Assembly (NCBI GenBank): GCA_963775425.1
Contig: CAVZJB010000005.1
Location: forward strand, 224,001-288,000
DNA length: 64,000 nt
Direction: 5' to 3'
Origin: an uncultured delta proteobacterium
GTDB lineage: Bacteria; Myxococcota; UBA727; VGSZ01
Position numbers and translations under genes: made by a program. The notes beneath the pieces are model-generated. The model was not told the origin of the DNA, did not search any database, and was given only the letters and a program-made list of their open reading frames with translations. Positions 20,642-30,246 of the stretch are shown piece by piece. Position 1 is the stretch's first letter. Each line of letters starts with the position of its first letter.

Positions 20642-21484
20642 ATGGTCGCTTCCGTTCGCCTCGAGCTCGACCGGGTCCTCGAAAAGCGCGCCCGCGCCCG
20701 CCGTTGGCGAAACGACGGCGGCCGCGTCGCCTACGGCGTCACCGCCCACGACGGCGTCGAGATCGCGTGGCTCGATGCCGGCGGCATGCGCTACCGCGTC
20801 GGCGGCCTCGACGTCGAGCTCGGCGCCGGCGCCGTGATGGTGGTGCCGAGCGGCCTCGAGCACCAAAGCGAGTTCCTCCCCGCCATGCGCGGCGGCTCGC
20901 TCCACGTCGACGACGCCGTCGTCGCCGAGGCCGCCGACGCCGCCGGTGCCCGCCCCCCGCGCGCGGCGTGTCTCGTCGACGACGGCGCCGACGTGCGCGC
21001 GCTCGGCGCCATGCTCGTCGCCGAGATGGCCAAGGACAGCGCCGACGCGCGCTTGTGCGCGGGCGCGCTCGTCGACGCCCTCGCCGTCAAGGTCGTCCGC
21101 GGCCTCCCGCCCGTGCCCGCGTCCGTTCGCGACCCGCGCGTGCGCGCGGCCGTCGACGTCATCCGCGCCCGCTTCGCCGAGCCCATCGACGTCGACGACA
21201 TCGCCGCGGCCTGCGGCACCAGCCGCTTCCACCTGAGCCGCCTGTTCAAGGCCGCCACCGGCGCGAGCCCCTACCGCTTCCTCATCGACGTGCGCCTCGA
21301 GGAGAGCGCGCGGCTCCTGCGGCGCGGACGCAGCGTCACCGACGCCGCGCTGTCGTCGGGGTTCTCGGACCTGTCGCGCTTCGCCCGCATGTTTTCGCGC
21401 CGCTACGGCTGCTTGCCCAAGGCGTACGCGAGCACGGTGTCGACGTCGGCGTCGTCGACGGCGCCGCTGTTGTCGACGTCATAG
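20642..21484 (+). CDS. AraC-family transcriptional regulator
   Basis: Cupin-like N-terminus; SRFHLSRLFK...SVTDAALSSGFSDLSRFARMFSRRYG. Confidence 0.92.
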   Translation: MVASVRLELDRVLEKRARARRWRNDGGRVAYGVTAHDGVEIAWLDAGGMRYRVGGLDVELGAGAVMVVPSGLEHQSEFLPAMRGGSLHVDDAVVAEAADAAGARPPRAACLVDDGADVRALGAMLVAEMAKDSADARLCAGALVDALAVKVVRGLPPVPASVRDPRVRAAVDVIRARFAEPIDVDDIAAACGTSRFHLSRLFKAATGASPYRFLIDVRLEESARLLRRGRSVTDAALSSGFSDLSRFARMFSRRYGCLPKAYASTVSTSASSTAPLLSTS

Positions 21485-23193
21485 AGCGGGTCGTACGAGC
21501 CGTCCTGGCGGCGCTGGTCCGGGATGCGCGCGCCGCTCCTGAGCGCCACCTCCATGAGGTCCACGGCGTCGACGCGGCCGTCGAGCGATACGTCGCCGGC
21601 GAGCGCGGGTGCCACGGTGCGCACCAGGGTCCATCGCGGATCCACCTCGACGAGGACGGTGTCCGCGCCGAGCTTGGCGGCGCCCGCGTGCGCGGCGTCG
21701 GCGCTCAGCACGGCCTCGGTGACGGTGCCGTCGGCGGCCACGGCGCGCACCGGGACGTCGACGTCGTAGTCGCCCTCGACGTCGATACAGAGCGTCTCGC
21801 CGTCGAAGCCGGCGCGCAGCGTGGGCCAGCCGGGCGCGCGCAGCCATTGGTCGAGGAACGTCGAGACGTCGCCGCCGCCGGCGTCGTCGATCTCCTCGGC
21901 GAGCGCGTCGACCGTGAGCTGCCCGGGGCCGCGGTCGACGAGCGCGCGCAGCGCGGCCGTGAAGACGTCGGCGCCGACCTTCTCTTCGAGGCTGCGCAGC
22001 ACCGTGGACCCCTTGTGGTAGGTGACGAGCACGTACGCGTCGGGGTCGTTGGCGGCGTCGAGGATGGCGAGGTCGGCGTCGCCGATCTGGGTCATGTACC
22101 AGACCGCGTTCATGCGCGTGCCCGCGGTGCGCACGTCGTCGTCGTCGACCCCGAGGGCGCGCCAGGCGCTGTACTCCGCGAACGCCTCCTGCAGGAAGCC
22201 GCCCTCGTCCGGGTTCGCCGCGGTGGTCATGCCGCCCCACCAAGAGTGCGCGAGCTCGTGCGCGGCGCCCTGCTCGACGATGAAGTCGAACTGGGGCCAG
22301 GTGACGAAGTCACCGAGGAAGATGTCGCCGAGCAGGCCCATGCCGCCGAACGGGTAGCGCCCGCTGACGGGGAGGTAGTGGATCTCGTCGACCGCGAGGG
22401 GGCCGTACATCTCCTCGTAGCGCGGCAGCACGCGCGCGCCGGTCTCGGCCACGCGCTGCATGACGTCGTGCGAGTCGCCGCCCTGGGCGTCGGCGGGGAC
22501 CCCGGCGACGACGCGCTTGCCGTCGCCGGCGGTGGTGGACACCGTGTCGACGTCGCGCGCGAACACGCCGAGCAGCTCGGTGTCCACCGCGATGTCGAAG
22601 CGCGACCGCGACGAGCCGTCGTCGAGGACGGCGCTGTCGACGGCGGCGCCCTGGCCGGCGGCGACGAACATGCCTGCGGGGGCGTGCACGGTGACGGAGC
22701 CGGAGAACGGGTCGCTGGCGAGGAGCGAGATCAGGTACCAGGCGGCGCCCGGCTCGTCGGGGAGGAGCACGACCTCGTCACCGTGGAAGGTGCAGGCGTC
22801 GAGCCCCGGTTGGACCCGGGACGCGCACGAGGGCGCCCCGTCCAGCACGAGGTGGACGTCGACGTCGGCGCCGCCGTCCGGGACGACGCCGTCGGCGGGC
22901 GTGAGCCACTGCACGAGGCCCGGGTACTGCGGCTCGTCCTCGAGGGTCGCGGGTTGGCCGCCGACCTCGACGTCGACGGCGGGCGCGACGAGCGCGTAGA
23001 TGGGCAGCGGCCCGTCGAGGTGCACGCGGGCGTCGACCTCGACGTGCAGTGTGTCTCCCGTGAGGTCGACGGCGATGTCCTGCGACAGGACATCGGAGGC
23101 GGCGCGGGCCGAAGGGGCGGACACGAGGGCGCAGGCGAGGGCGGCCGCGCAGCCGAGGCCGGCTGCGGAGGGACGGCGGGCGGGGGCGATCAT
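21403..23193 (-). CDS. Secreted M1-family aminopeptidase with C-terminal dockerin-like domain
   Basis: Signal peptide; GGMG (GAMEN position), HELAHSWWG, QEAFAEY, YHKG; C-terminal GDVSLDGRVDAVDL...DVDNSGAVDDADV. Confidence 0.85.
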   Translation of the reverse strand: MIAPARRPSAAGLGCAAALACALVSAPSARAASDVLSQDIAVDLTGDTLHVEVDARVHLDGPLPIYALVAPAVDVEVGGQPATLEDEPQYPGLVQWLTPADGVVPDGGADVDVHLVLDGAPSCASRVQPGLDACTFHGDEVVLLPDEPGAAWYLISLLASDPFSGSVTVHAPAGMFVAAGQGAAVDSAVLDDGSSRSRFDIAVDTELLGVFARDVDTVSTTAGDGKRVVAGVPADAQGGDSHDVMQRVAETGARVLPRYEEMYGPLAVDEIHYLPVSGRYPFGGMGLLGDIFLGDFVTWPQFDFIVEQGAAHELAHSWWGGMTTAANPDEGGFLQEAFAEYSAWRALGVDDDDVRTAGTRMNAVWYMTQIGDADLAILDAANDPDAYVLVTYHKGSTVLRSLEEKVGADVFTAALRALVDRGPGQLTVDALAEEIDDAGGGDVSTFLDQWLRAPGWPTLRAGFDGETLCIDVEGDYDVDVPVRAVAADGTVTEAVLSADAAHAGAAKLGADTVLVEVDPRWTLVRTVAPALAGDVSLDGRVDAVDLMEVALRSGARIPDQRRQDGSYDPLYDVDNSGAVDDADVDTVLAYALGKQP

Positions 23194-23789
23194 CGGGACA
23201 CCTCGAGCGTGAGCGTGCCGCCGGCGGCGGCGAGGGGGACGAAGGCGCCGTCGGCGGTGCGGGCCAGGGCGTCGACGAGCTCCACGCGGGACGCGCCGGC
23301 GTCGACGCCGTGGACCTCGACGGTGGCGAGGTCGCCGTCGGCCACCGCCGACTGCACCGCGCTCGTATGCGAGCCCCCGAGGGCGACGTCCGCGCCGTCC
23401 ACGTGGGCGAGCGTGCGCGCGTCGTCGCCGAGGAACGCGGTGGCGGCGGCGTCGTCGACGGCGACGAGGGCGGGGTCGACGCGGAGGTGGGCGGACACGC
23501 CGAGAACCTCGCCGAGGCCGTGCGCGCGGACGTGCAGCGTGGCCCGGCCGCCCTCGACGTCGGCGGCCACGGTGAGGGCGGGGCCGGCGCCGGCGCCGTC
23601 GGCGGCGAAGCCGGGTGGGCCGGCGCAGGCGGCGACGAGCACGAGCACGAGCCCGAGCGCGAGCACGGGGGCGCAGGTCCATCGCAGCGCGGACGGCGTC
23701 GTCGACGAGAGCGGCGCGCCGGGCGCGCGGGGCGAGCCCGCACCGCCGAGGGCTGCGCAGGGGGAGGGGGAGGAGGTCGGGGTGTGCAT
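23190..23789 (-). CDS. Cohesin-like lipoprotein
   Basis: Lipobox VAAC; LHVRAHGLGEVLGVSAHLRVDPALV...AFLG...DGDLATVEV...GGTLTL; ATGA overlap with the peptidase. Confidence 0.6.
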   Translation of the reverse strand: MHTPTSSPSPCAALGGAGSPRAPGAPLSSTTPSALRWTCAPVLALGLVLVLVAACAGPPGFAADGAGAGPALTVAADVEGGRATLHVRAHGLGEVLGVSAHLRVDPALVAVDDAAATAFLGDDARTLAHVDGADVALGGSHTSAVQSAVADGDLATVEVHGVDAGASRVELVDALARTADGAFVPLAAAGGTLTLEVSR

Positions 23790-23916
23790 GCCGCCGGTCT
23801 CGCAGCCCGGGCGGTTCCGGGCTCGGCGATCCGTGCGCGATCGACAGGCGATTCGTGCGCGCCGGCCTTCGACGCCACATCGTTGGCCCCGCGCGGCGGA
23901 GGCGCTACGAGGGCTC

Positions 23917-25512
23917 GTGGCCACCAAGAGCGAGACCGGAGAGGTCGAGGTCATGCTCGGCCTCGACGAGGCCGACGACGCCGACGCGCTCCGCACGAAG
24001 GCCGCCAAGGCCCTCGGGCTGCCGCCGTCGGCGGTGCCGTTGGCGCGCGTGGTGCGCAAGGCCATCGACGCCCGCCGGGGCGGCGTGCGCTTCCGCGTCG
24101 TCCTCTCGCTCGCGCCCGCGCCCGACCCGTCCACGCTCGGCCGCCCCTGGCCCCGCGAGGTGAACAAGTCCGCGCGCGTCGTCGTCGTCGGCGACGGCCC
24201 CGCCGGCCTGTTTTGCGCCTACGAGCTCGCGCGCCGCGGCGTGGCCTCGGTGGTCCTCGATCGCGGCAAGGGCGTGCAGCCGCGCCGCGTGGACTTGAAG
24301 GGCCTGAACCGGCGCGGCGTCGTCGACGAGGACAGCAACTATTGCTTCGGCGAGGGCGGCGCGGGCACCTACAGCGACGGCAAGCTCTACACGCGCAGCA
24401 CCAAGCGCGGCGACGTGCGCGACGTCCTCGAGACGCTCGCGCTCCACGGCGCCCCCGTCGACATCCTCACCGACGCCCGGCCGCACATCGGCTCCAACCT
24501 CCTGCCCAAGGTCGTCACCGCGCTGCGCGAGCGCCTCGAGGGCTGCGGCGTCGAGGTGCGCTTCGAAAAGCGCGTCACCGGGCTCGTGCTCGACGGCGCT
24601 CCTCCCGACGCCCGCGTCCGCGCCGTGCGCTGCGCCGACGGCGACGAGCTCCCTTGCGACGCCGTGGTCCTCGCCACCGGCCACTCCGCGCGCGACGTCT
24701 ACCGCATGCTGCACGCGCAGGGCGTCCGCCTCGAGGCCAAGCCCCTGGCCATGGGCGTGCGCATCGAGCACCCGCAGCCGCTCATCGACGAGATCCAGTA
24801 CGGCGCCGCCGCCGGCCACGCGAAGCTCCCGAGCGCGGCGTACCGCCTGGCGCACACCGTCGACGAGCGCGGCGTGTTCTCGTTCTGCATGTGCCCCGGC
24901 GGCTTCGTCGTCCCCGCGGCCACCGACAAGACCGGCCTGGTGGTGAACGGCATGAGCCTCAAGCGGCGCGACTCCCCGTTCGCAAACTCGGGGCTCGTGG
25001 TGGCGGTTGAGCTCGAAGACGCGGCGCGCGCCGGCCACGCAGGACCGTTCGCGCTCGAAGAGGTCCAGCGCGCGCTCGAAGAGGCCGCGCTCGCGGCCGG
25101 CGGAGGCGCGCTCAAGGCGCCCGCGGTACGCGCCACGGACTTCGTCGCCGGCCGCGGCTCGTCGACGCTGCCGAGGACCTCGTACCAGCCGGGCATCGTC
25201 CCCGGCGACGTCGCCGCCGTCCTCGACGCCGCCGGCGTCGCGCTCGCGGACAAGCTGCGCGGAGCGCTCACCGCGTTCGACCGGCGCATGCGCGGGTTTC
25301 TCACCGAGGACGCGGTGCTCGTCGGCGTGGAGACCCGCACGAGCGCGCCGGTGCGCATCCCGCGCGACGACGACACGCTCGAGTCCGTCGACGTGCGTGG
25401 CCTCTATCCGGCGGGAGAGGGCGCCGGCTACGCCGGCGGCATCGTCAGCGCCGCCCTCGACGGCGTCCGCATCGCGAGGGCGATCGCCGCCGGCGGGGCG
25501 CGCTCGCCCTGA
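23917..25512 (+). CDS. FAD-dependent oxidoreductase (COG2509-like)
   Basis: VVVGDGPAGLF, FGEGGAGTYSDGKL, SFCMCPGG, ETRTSAPVRI, GEGAGYAGGIVSAALDG. Confidence 0.92.
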   Translation: MATKSETGEVEVMLGLDEADDADALRTKAAKALGLPPSAVPLARVVRKAIDARRGGVRFRVVLSLAPAPDPSTLGRPWPREVNKSARVVVVGDGPAGLFCAYELARRGVASVVLDRGKGVQPRRVDLKGLNRRGVVDEDSNYCFGEGGAGTYSDGKLYTRSTKRGDVRDVLETLALHGAPVDILTDARPHIGSNLLPKVVTALRERLEGCGVEVRFEKRVTGLVLDGAPPDARVRAVRCADGDELPCDAVVLATGHSARDVYRMLHAQGVRLEAKPLAMGVRIEHPQPLIDEIQYGAAAGHAKLPSAAYRLAHTVDERGVFSFCMCPGGFVVPAATDKTGLVVNGMSLKRRDSPFANSGLVVAVELEDAARAGHAGPFALEEVQRALEEAALAAGGGALKAPAVRATDFVAGRGSSTLPRTSYQPGIVPGDVAAVLDAAGVALADKLRGALTAFDRRMRGFLTEDAVLVGVETRTSAPVRIPRDDDTLESVDVRGLYPAGEGAGYAGGIVSAALDGVRIARAIAAGGARSP

Positions 25513-25522
25513 GCGCCGCGGG

Positions 25523-26263
25523 TCAGACCCTGAGGGTGTCGACGTCGTCGATGGCTTTGTCGAGCACCGCGCGCAGCGACCGCAACGCCGCGTTGGGGTC
25601 GCGCCCCGGGGAGAGGAGCACGGAGGTGGCGCAGCCCCAGACGTCGCCGGAGACGCGCAGGACGGTCTTCATGTCGTCGCCGCCGTCGCGCCCCCTGAGC
25701 GCGAGCAAGGAGAACAGCGGCGAGCGCAACCTCTTCACCATGCGCGTGAGGGGGGCGATCAGCGTCGGCCCGGCGAGGCCCTCGCCGGCGACGATCCTGC
25801 GCAGCTCCACCCGGAGCTCGCGCAGCTCCTGCTCGATGCGCAGGCGGATGTGCTCGTCGATGATGACGAGGCCGGCGAACGGATCGGAGCCGTGCAGCAC
25901 GGCGTGGCAACGGCGGATGTCGTCGTAGAGCACCGGGAAGACGTCGGCGGAGCGCGGCACCTCGCCGGCCACCACGATGAGCGCCTGCACGCGCGCCGCG
26001 GCCCGCGCGATGCGCAGGGCGGGGCCGACGCTCTCGAGGATCTCCGGCGTGTCCTCGCGCAGCACGACGATGATGTCGACGTTGCTCACGCGCGAGTCGT
26101 ACCCGCCGCGCACGATGCTCCCGAAGGCGATCACAGACTCGAGCGAGTCCCCGAGCGTCTTTCGCAGCGACGCGATCAGCTCCTCGACGCGCGTGCGCAC
26201 CATGATGGGCATCATCGCGAGGACGGTGGCGGCGGGGACGGCCTTCTTGATGGGAGCGTTCAT
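25523..26263 (-). CDS. Nucleotidyltransferase-domain (pol beta-like) protein
   Basis: SVIAFGSIVRG...SNVDIIVVL; DVFPV; LHGSDPF; LRIEQELR. Confidence 0.75.
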   Translation of the reverse strand: MNAPIKKAVPAATVLAMMPIMVRTRVEELIASLRKTLGDSLESVIAFGSIVRGGYDSRVSNVDIIVVLREDTPEILESVGPALRIARAAARVQALIVVAGEVPRSADVFPVLYDDIRRCHAVLHGSDPFAGLVIIDEHIRLRIEQELRELRVELRRIVAGEGLAGPTLIAPLTRMVKRLRSPLFSLLALRGRDGGDDMKTVLRVSGDVWGCATSVLLSPGRDPNAALRSLRAVLDKAIDDVDTLRV

Positions 26264-27123
26264 CAGGTCTGCACCGGTGCCTCGGGGAGCAGCAGCCCGC
26301 CGAGCGGCAAGAGGGAGGAGGGCAGGGGCGAGCGCCGAAGCAGGCGGCGTCCTCGCAGCGCGACGGCCAGCGCGACGTCCTCCGGCGCCGTGCGCGCGCC
26401 CGCGGCGACGTCCTCGGTGAGCGCGACGGTGTGCTCTTCGAGCCAGTGGCGGTACGCGCGCAGCGTGCGGCCTTCGCGGCCCGCGACCAGGGCGGCGCCG
26501 AGGAGCGCGACGGGGCCCACGACGAGGAACACGAGCTCGGCGAAGGGACGGAGCTGCTCGGCGAGCGCGTGGCCCGCGCCGAACAGGAAGATGGCGCCGG
26601 CGAACGCGACGAACACGGCGACCGACCCTGCCCGCGCGAGGCCGCCGCGGCGCAGCCCCGCGCGCGCGAGCGCCTCGTCGTAGTGGCCGTCGAGCGCGAC
26701 GCGTGCCGCGGCGCGGACCGCGGCTTGTGAGGCGGCGCGCGCGTCGAAGGTCTGCGGCAGGCGGCTCAGCTCGTCGTGGAGCGGGCGCAGCGGCGGTTGC
26801 GGCGCGGCGTCGGCGAAGACACGGAACACCGGTCGTGGATCACCGGCGGCGCGCGGCGCCTCGACGAGCCACCCCTCGGCCACCGCGCCGGCCAGCAGAG
26901 CCTGGCGCAGGCGCGCCGGCGAGCGCGCCCACGAAAACAGCAGGATCTCGTCGAGCGCCGGCAGCACGCCGATGCGCAGCGGAGACGGGCGCTGCGGGTC
27001 TCCCTCGAGCATGTCGCCGACGGCGACCTGCAGGCTCACAGCGCCGAGCAGCGCGAACAGCCAAAGCACGGCGTACAAGAGCGCGAACATCGACGAATTG
27101 AAGGGCCAGACGTCGAAGTCCAT
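26263..27123 (-). CDS. Hypothetical membrane protein (TIGR04222-like layout)
   Basis: N-terminal FALLY TM, two central TMs, RTLRAYRHWL; stop overlaps the next start. Confidence 0.55.
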   Translation of the reverse strand: MDFDVWPFNSSMFALLYAVLWLFALLGAVSLQVAVGDMLEGDPQRPSPLRIGVLPALDEILLFSWARSPARLRQALLAGAVAEGWLVEAPRAAGDPRPVFRVFADAAPQPPLRPLHDELSRLPQTFDARAASQAAVRAAARVALDGHYDEALARAGLRRGGLARAGSVAVFVAFAGAIFLFGAGHALAEQLRPFAELVFLVVGPVALLGAALVAGREGRTLRAYRHWLEEHTVALTEDVAAGARTAPEDVALAVALRGRRLLRRSPLPSSLLPLGGLLLPEAPVQT

Positions 27124-27130
27124 GTCGCGC

Positions 27131-28480
27131 TCAGCCGAAGCTGATGGTCTGCTGGCCCGGAGGGAGGATCTTGACCGGCTGGATGGCCATCACCTTCATG
27201 AACACTCGCAGAAGGAACGGGTCGAACTTGTACTGCATGTCGCTCATCATCAACGTGAGCGCGACCTCGGGGCCGTACGCTTCGCGGAACGGGCGCGCCG
27301 ACGTGAGCGCGTCGTAGCACGCGGCGACGTTGATGATGCTGCCGTACACGCCGAGCTCGACCTTGGGCAACATGAGCTTCACGTTGCCGTCCTTGTCCTT
27401 CATGGGCACCGAGTAGTCGACCTTGGACTCGTAGGCCGCGATGATCCGCTTGGTCATCTGGATGTCGAGGCTTCGGCCCTTGAGGAGCGTCTTCACGGTG
27501 TGCAGCGGGAAGAGATCGATCTTCCTGCGCTCGTCTTTGGAGAGCTGGCGGCGCTTGTTGAGGATGCTCGAGTCGATCTCGGCCATGCCGATGTCGTGAA
27601 AGAGCCCCGCCATGCCGAGCTCGTGCATCTGGCCGCGGTTCATGCCCAGCTCCTGGCCGAACACGATGCAGATGAGCATGGTGTTGACGGAGTGGAACAG
27701 GAGGTACTCCTCCACCGAGCGCGACGTCGTCATGCCGAGGAAGTGAGAGCGCTGCTCGCTGGCGATGTCGACGAAGTCCTGCACCAGGCGCTGGGCCGGC
27801 TGCATGGACGGGAGCTGGCCGCCGCTCTGCAGGCGCTCGATGAACTTGCGCATGTAATAGACGCTGCGCGCGTACACCGTGAGCGCGTACTTCTTGCGAT
27901 CGACCTTGCGCTCGGCCTCGATGGCCGCGTCCTCCATCTTGTCGAGTTGGTCGCGGATGCGCGCGAACTTGCCGACCTTGATGTTGAGGAGCTTGCGGCC
28001 CTGGACGCCGTCTTCCTCGGCGCCCTTGTCGTTTTGCGGCGAGAAGATCCAGATGAAGTCCTTGAGCTCCTGGATCTGTACGGGGCGGTTGACGTTGAAG
28101 CCGCCGACGTCGCGGCCCTTGAACTCGTCGGTGAGGAAGCGGACGTTGTCGAGCGACGCGAAGTCGAGCGCGAGCTGCTTGCTGTTGACGTACACCGACG
28201 TGCCGTTGGCCTGGAGCTGGAACGTGCCGTCCACGGCGACGATGGTGTTGATGGCGTTTCGCAGCGCTTCGAAGGGCTGGACGAAGATGTCGTTGTCCGG
28301 GTCGTACATCTTCACGTTGCGCACGAGCATGTACAGGGTGGAGATGGCCTGGCGGCCGAGCTGCTGGAGCTTGGCCTCGCGCCCGCGGGTCACGGGCGGC
28401 GCCGCCTTCTTCAGATCGAGCTGCCCGATGGCCGCGCCGCGCGCACCCTTGTCACTCGGGGGGGCCTTGCCGGTGGTCAT
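27131..28480 (-). CDS. Degenerate HD-GYP-like protein
   Basis: HSVNT, AGLFHDIG, CYDALTSARPFR, KFDP; no HHE or GYP motif. Confidence 0.85.
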   Translation of the reverse strand: MTTGKAPPSDKGARGAAIGQLDLKKAAPPVTRGREAKLQQLGRQAISTLYMLVRNVKMYDPDNDIFVQPFEALRNAINTIVAVDGTFQLQANGTSVYVNSKQLALDFASLDNVRFLTDEFKGRDVGGFNVNRPVQIQELKDFIWIFSPQNDKGAEEDGVQGRKLLNIKVGKFARIRDQLDKMEDAAIEAERKVDRKKYALTVYARSVYYMRKFIERLQSGGQLPSMQPAQRLVQDFVDIASEQRSHFLGMTTSRSVEEYLLFHSVNTMLICIVFGQELGMNRGQMHELGMAGLFHDIGMAEIDSSILNKRRQLSKDERRKIDLFPLHTVKTLLKGRSLDIQMTKRIIAAYESKVDYSVPMKDKDGNVKLMLPKVELGVYGSIINVAACYDALTSARPFREAYGPEVALTLMMSDMQYKFDPFLLRVFMKVMAIQPVKILPPGQQTISFG

Positions 28481-30237
28481 GTCCCGAGCAACCGCGCTTT
28501 GACGTTGATGGCCGCGGCGCGGGCGGTCTCCATCACGTCCTTGCTCTGCCGCTTGGGATCCTGCGCCACCGCCGCGAGCATCTGCAGGCCGGGGATGGAC
28601 GGCGACGACTCGAGGCCGCCGATGGCGAGGAGCTTCATGTCGTCGACCTTCTTCTTGGCGAGGAACCCGCTCTTCTGCTCGAAGATGTCACGAATGAAGG
28701 CTTCGGTCTGCGACGAGCGCACCTGCACGAGCGCGGTGAACATCGCCTTCTTCTCGGGGTCGGAGAGCCGGTCGAACGACTCCGCACGGACGATGTCGAC
28801 GAGGAGCTGGCCCGCGGTCTCCGGCGGGAAGTTGGGCAGCATGCGCGCCGCCTGTGAGCGCATCTGCGCGTCGGGGTGTTGGGTGAGGACCTTGGCGATG
28901 TACTCGAAGCACTCGTCGGTGCCGTTCCGGCCGATGACGGCGAGGGTCTCGAGGCGGAGGATGGCGTTCGGGTGCTCGAGCACCTGCGCGAAGATGGCGA
29001 ACTTCTCGGGCGGGTTGATCTTGTCGATGACGTAGATCATGTCCTTGACGAGGTTCGACGACGGGTGCGCGAGCCGCGTGGCGAACGTGTCGACGTAGGC
29101 GGCGCCGAGGTCGGCGAGCACGTCGCAGACGAGGCGCCGGTTGGGCAGGAGCTGAAGCGTCTCCAGCATGTCGATGAGCGGCGGGATGGCGTCCACGCCG
29201 AGGGACTGCAGGTAGCGGCGGATGCCGTCGGCGTCCTTGGCGATGCCGGCGTTCAGGATCTGGCCGATGGCCTGCACGCGTTGGCTCTCGCCCATGCGGC
29301 CGATGAAGCGCAGCTCGCAGCGCTGGATCATGTCGCGCGACGACGACTTGGACGCCTTCTGCGCCGAGACCTTGAAGCGCGCGCGGATCTGGTCGATGGC
29401 GGTGAAGTTCTCGGAGAGGATGAGCGCGTCGAGCAACTGCACGAACGCCTCGGCGACGTCCTCGAAATTCTCTTCGGTGGTGTCGAGCTCGAGGAGCTGG
29501 AACAGCACCACCACCATCTTGGAGAGGTGGCGGGAGTCCTCGCGGCTGATCACCTGCTGGATGCGGGCCTTGTCACCAGGGGTGGCCGTGGCGCCCTGGA
29601 TGACGGCGCCGCGCATCTGGTCGACGTCGTCGAGCTGGAGGTCGAGGTCGTCGGAGCTGACGCGGGCGAAGCGCAGGTAGTCGTCGGAGTTGGATTGCAG
29701 TTGGCGGTAGAGGTACGCGACGACCTTCTCGACCTCGACCTCGACCTCTTCGATGTCCTCCTCGGCGAGGACCTTGAAGCCCTCGACGACGACGTACTCG
29801 ATGTACTCGAGCTCGGCCTTCCACAACTGCGTGATGATGTCCTCGCGGTTCTTCCGCTGGTCGTCCATGGCGCCCATGCACAACAGGAAGAACCGCTGGA
29901 TCTCCTCGGACGTGATGCCGTTTTTGAAGATCAGCAGGCGGATGCCCGCCTGCCACAGCGGATAGATGAGGTTGTTCTCGCGGCTGTCGTCTTCGAAGAT
30001 GACGTGCTGGCCGAGCTTGTAGGCGACGGGATCGACCTTGAGCGAGATCATGTTGTGCTGCGCGAGCAGGTCTTGCAGCGCCGTCATGAACGGCTCGAGG
30101 TACTCGCCGTAGCGGTCGACGTTGTGGCGGTACAGCGAGATCTGCTTGAGCGACTTGCGGAGCTTCTCGAACGCCGGGCGCGCCTCCTCGGCGAGGCGCG
30201 CGTTCTTCTCGAGCTGTGCTGCCGCCGCGTCAGCCAT
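28477..30237 (-). CDS. HEAT-repeat protein
   Basis: LAHPSSNLVKD, LEHPNAILRLETL, HPDAQMRSQAAR; ATGA overlap with the HD protein. Confidence 0.8.
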   Translation of the reverse strand: MADAAAAQLEKNARLAEEARPAFEKLRKSLKQISLYRHNVDRYGEYLEPFMTALQDLLAQHNMISLKVDPVAYKLGQHVIFEDDSRENNLIYPLWQAGIRLLIFKNGITSEEIQRFFLLCMGAMDDQRKNREDIITQLWKAELEYIEYVVVEGFKVLAEEDIEEVEVEVEKVVAYLYRQLQSNSDDYLRFARVSSDDLDLQLDDVDQMRGAVIQGATATPGDKARIQQVISREDSRHLSKMVVVLFQLLELDTTEENFEDVAEAFVQLLDALILSENFTAIDQIRARFKVSAQKASKSSSRDMIQRCELRFIGRMGESQRVQAIGQILNAGIAKDADGIRRYLQSLGVDAIPPLIDMLETLQLLPNRRLVCDVLADLGAAYVDTFATRLAHPSSNLVKDMIYVIDKINPPEKFAIFAQVLEHPNAILRLETLAVIGRNGTDECFEYIAKVLTQHPDAQMRSQAARMLPNFPPETAGQLLVDIVRAESFDRLSDPEKKAMFTALVQVRSSQTEAFIRDIFEQKSGFLAKKKVDDMKLLAIGGLESSPSIPGLQMLAAVAQDPKRQSKDVMETARAAAINVKARLLGT

Positions 30238-30246
30238 ACCCTGTCC

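Noticed and set aside
21403-21484. 82-bp convergent overlap of the AraC and peptidase genes
   Set aside because: The AraC tail after the HTH is low-information read-through, common in GC-rich genomes
20704-25512. 1602-aa ORF
   Set aside because: Only 23917-25512 has oxidoreductase motifs; the upstream part is mostly antisense to the peptidase and cohesin genes, a high-GC artefact
25523-26263. CBASS cyclase or MNT-HEPN toxin-antitoxin system
   Set aside because: No effector, cap or HEPN partner recognised, and the first catalytic Asp is Asn
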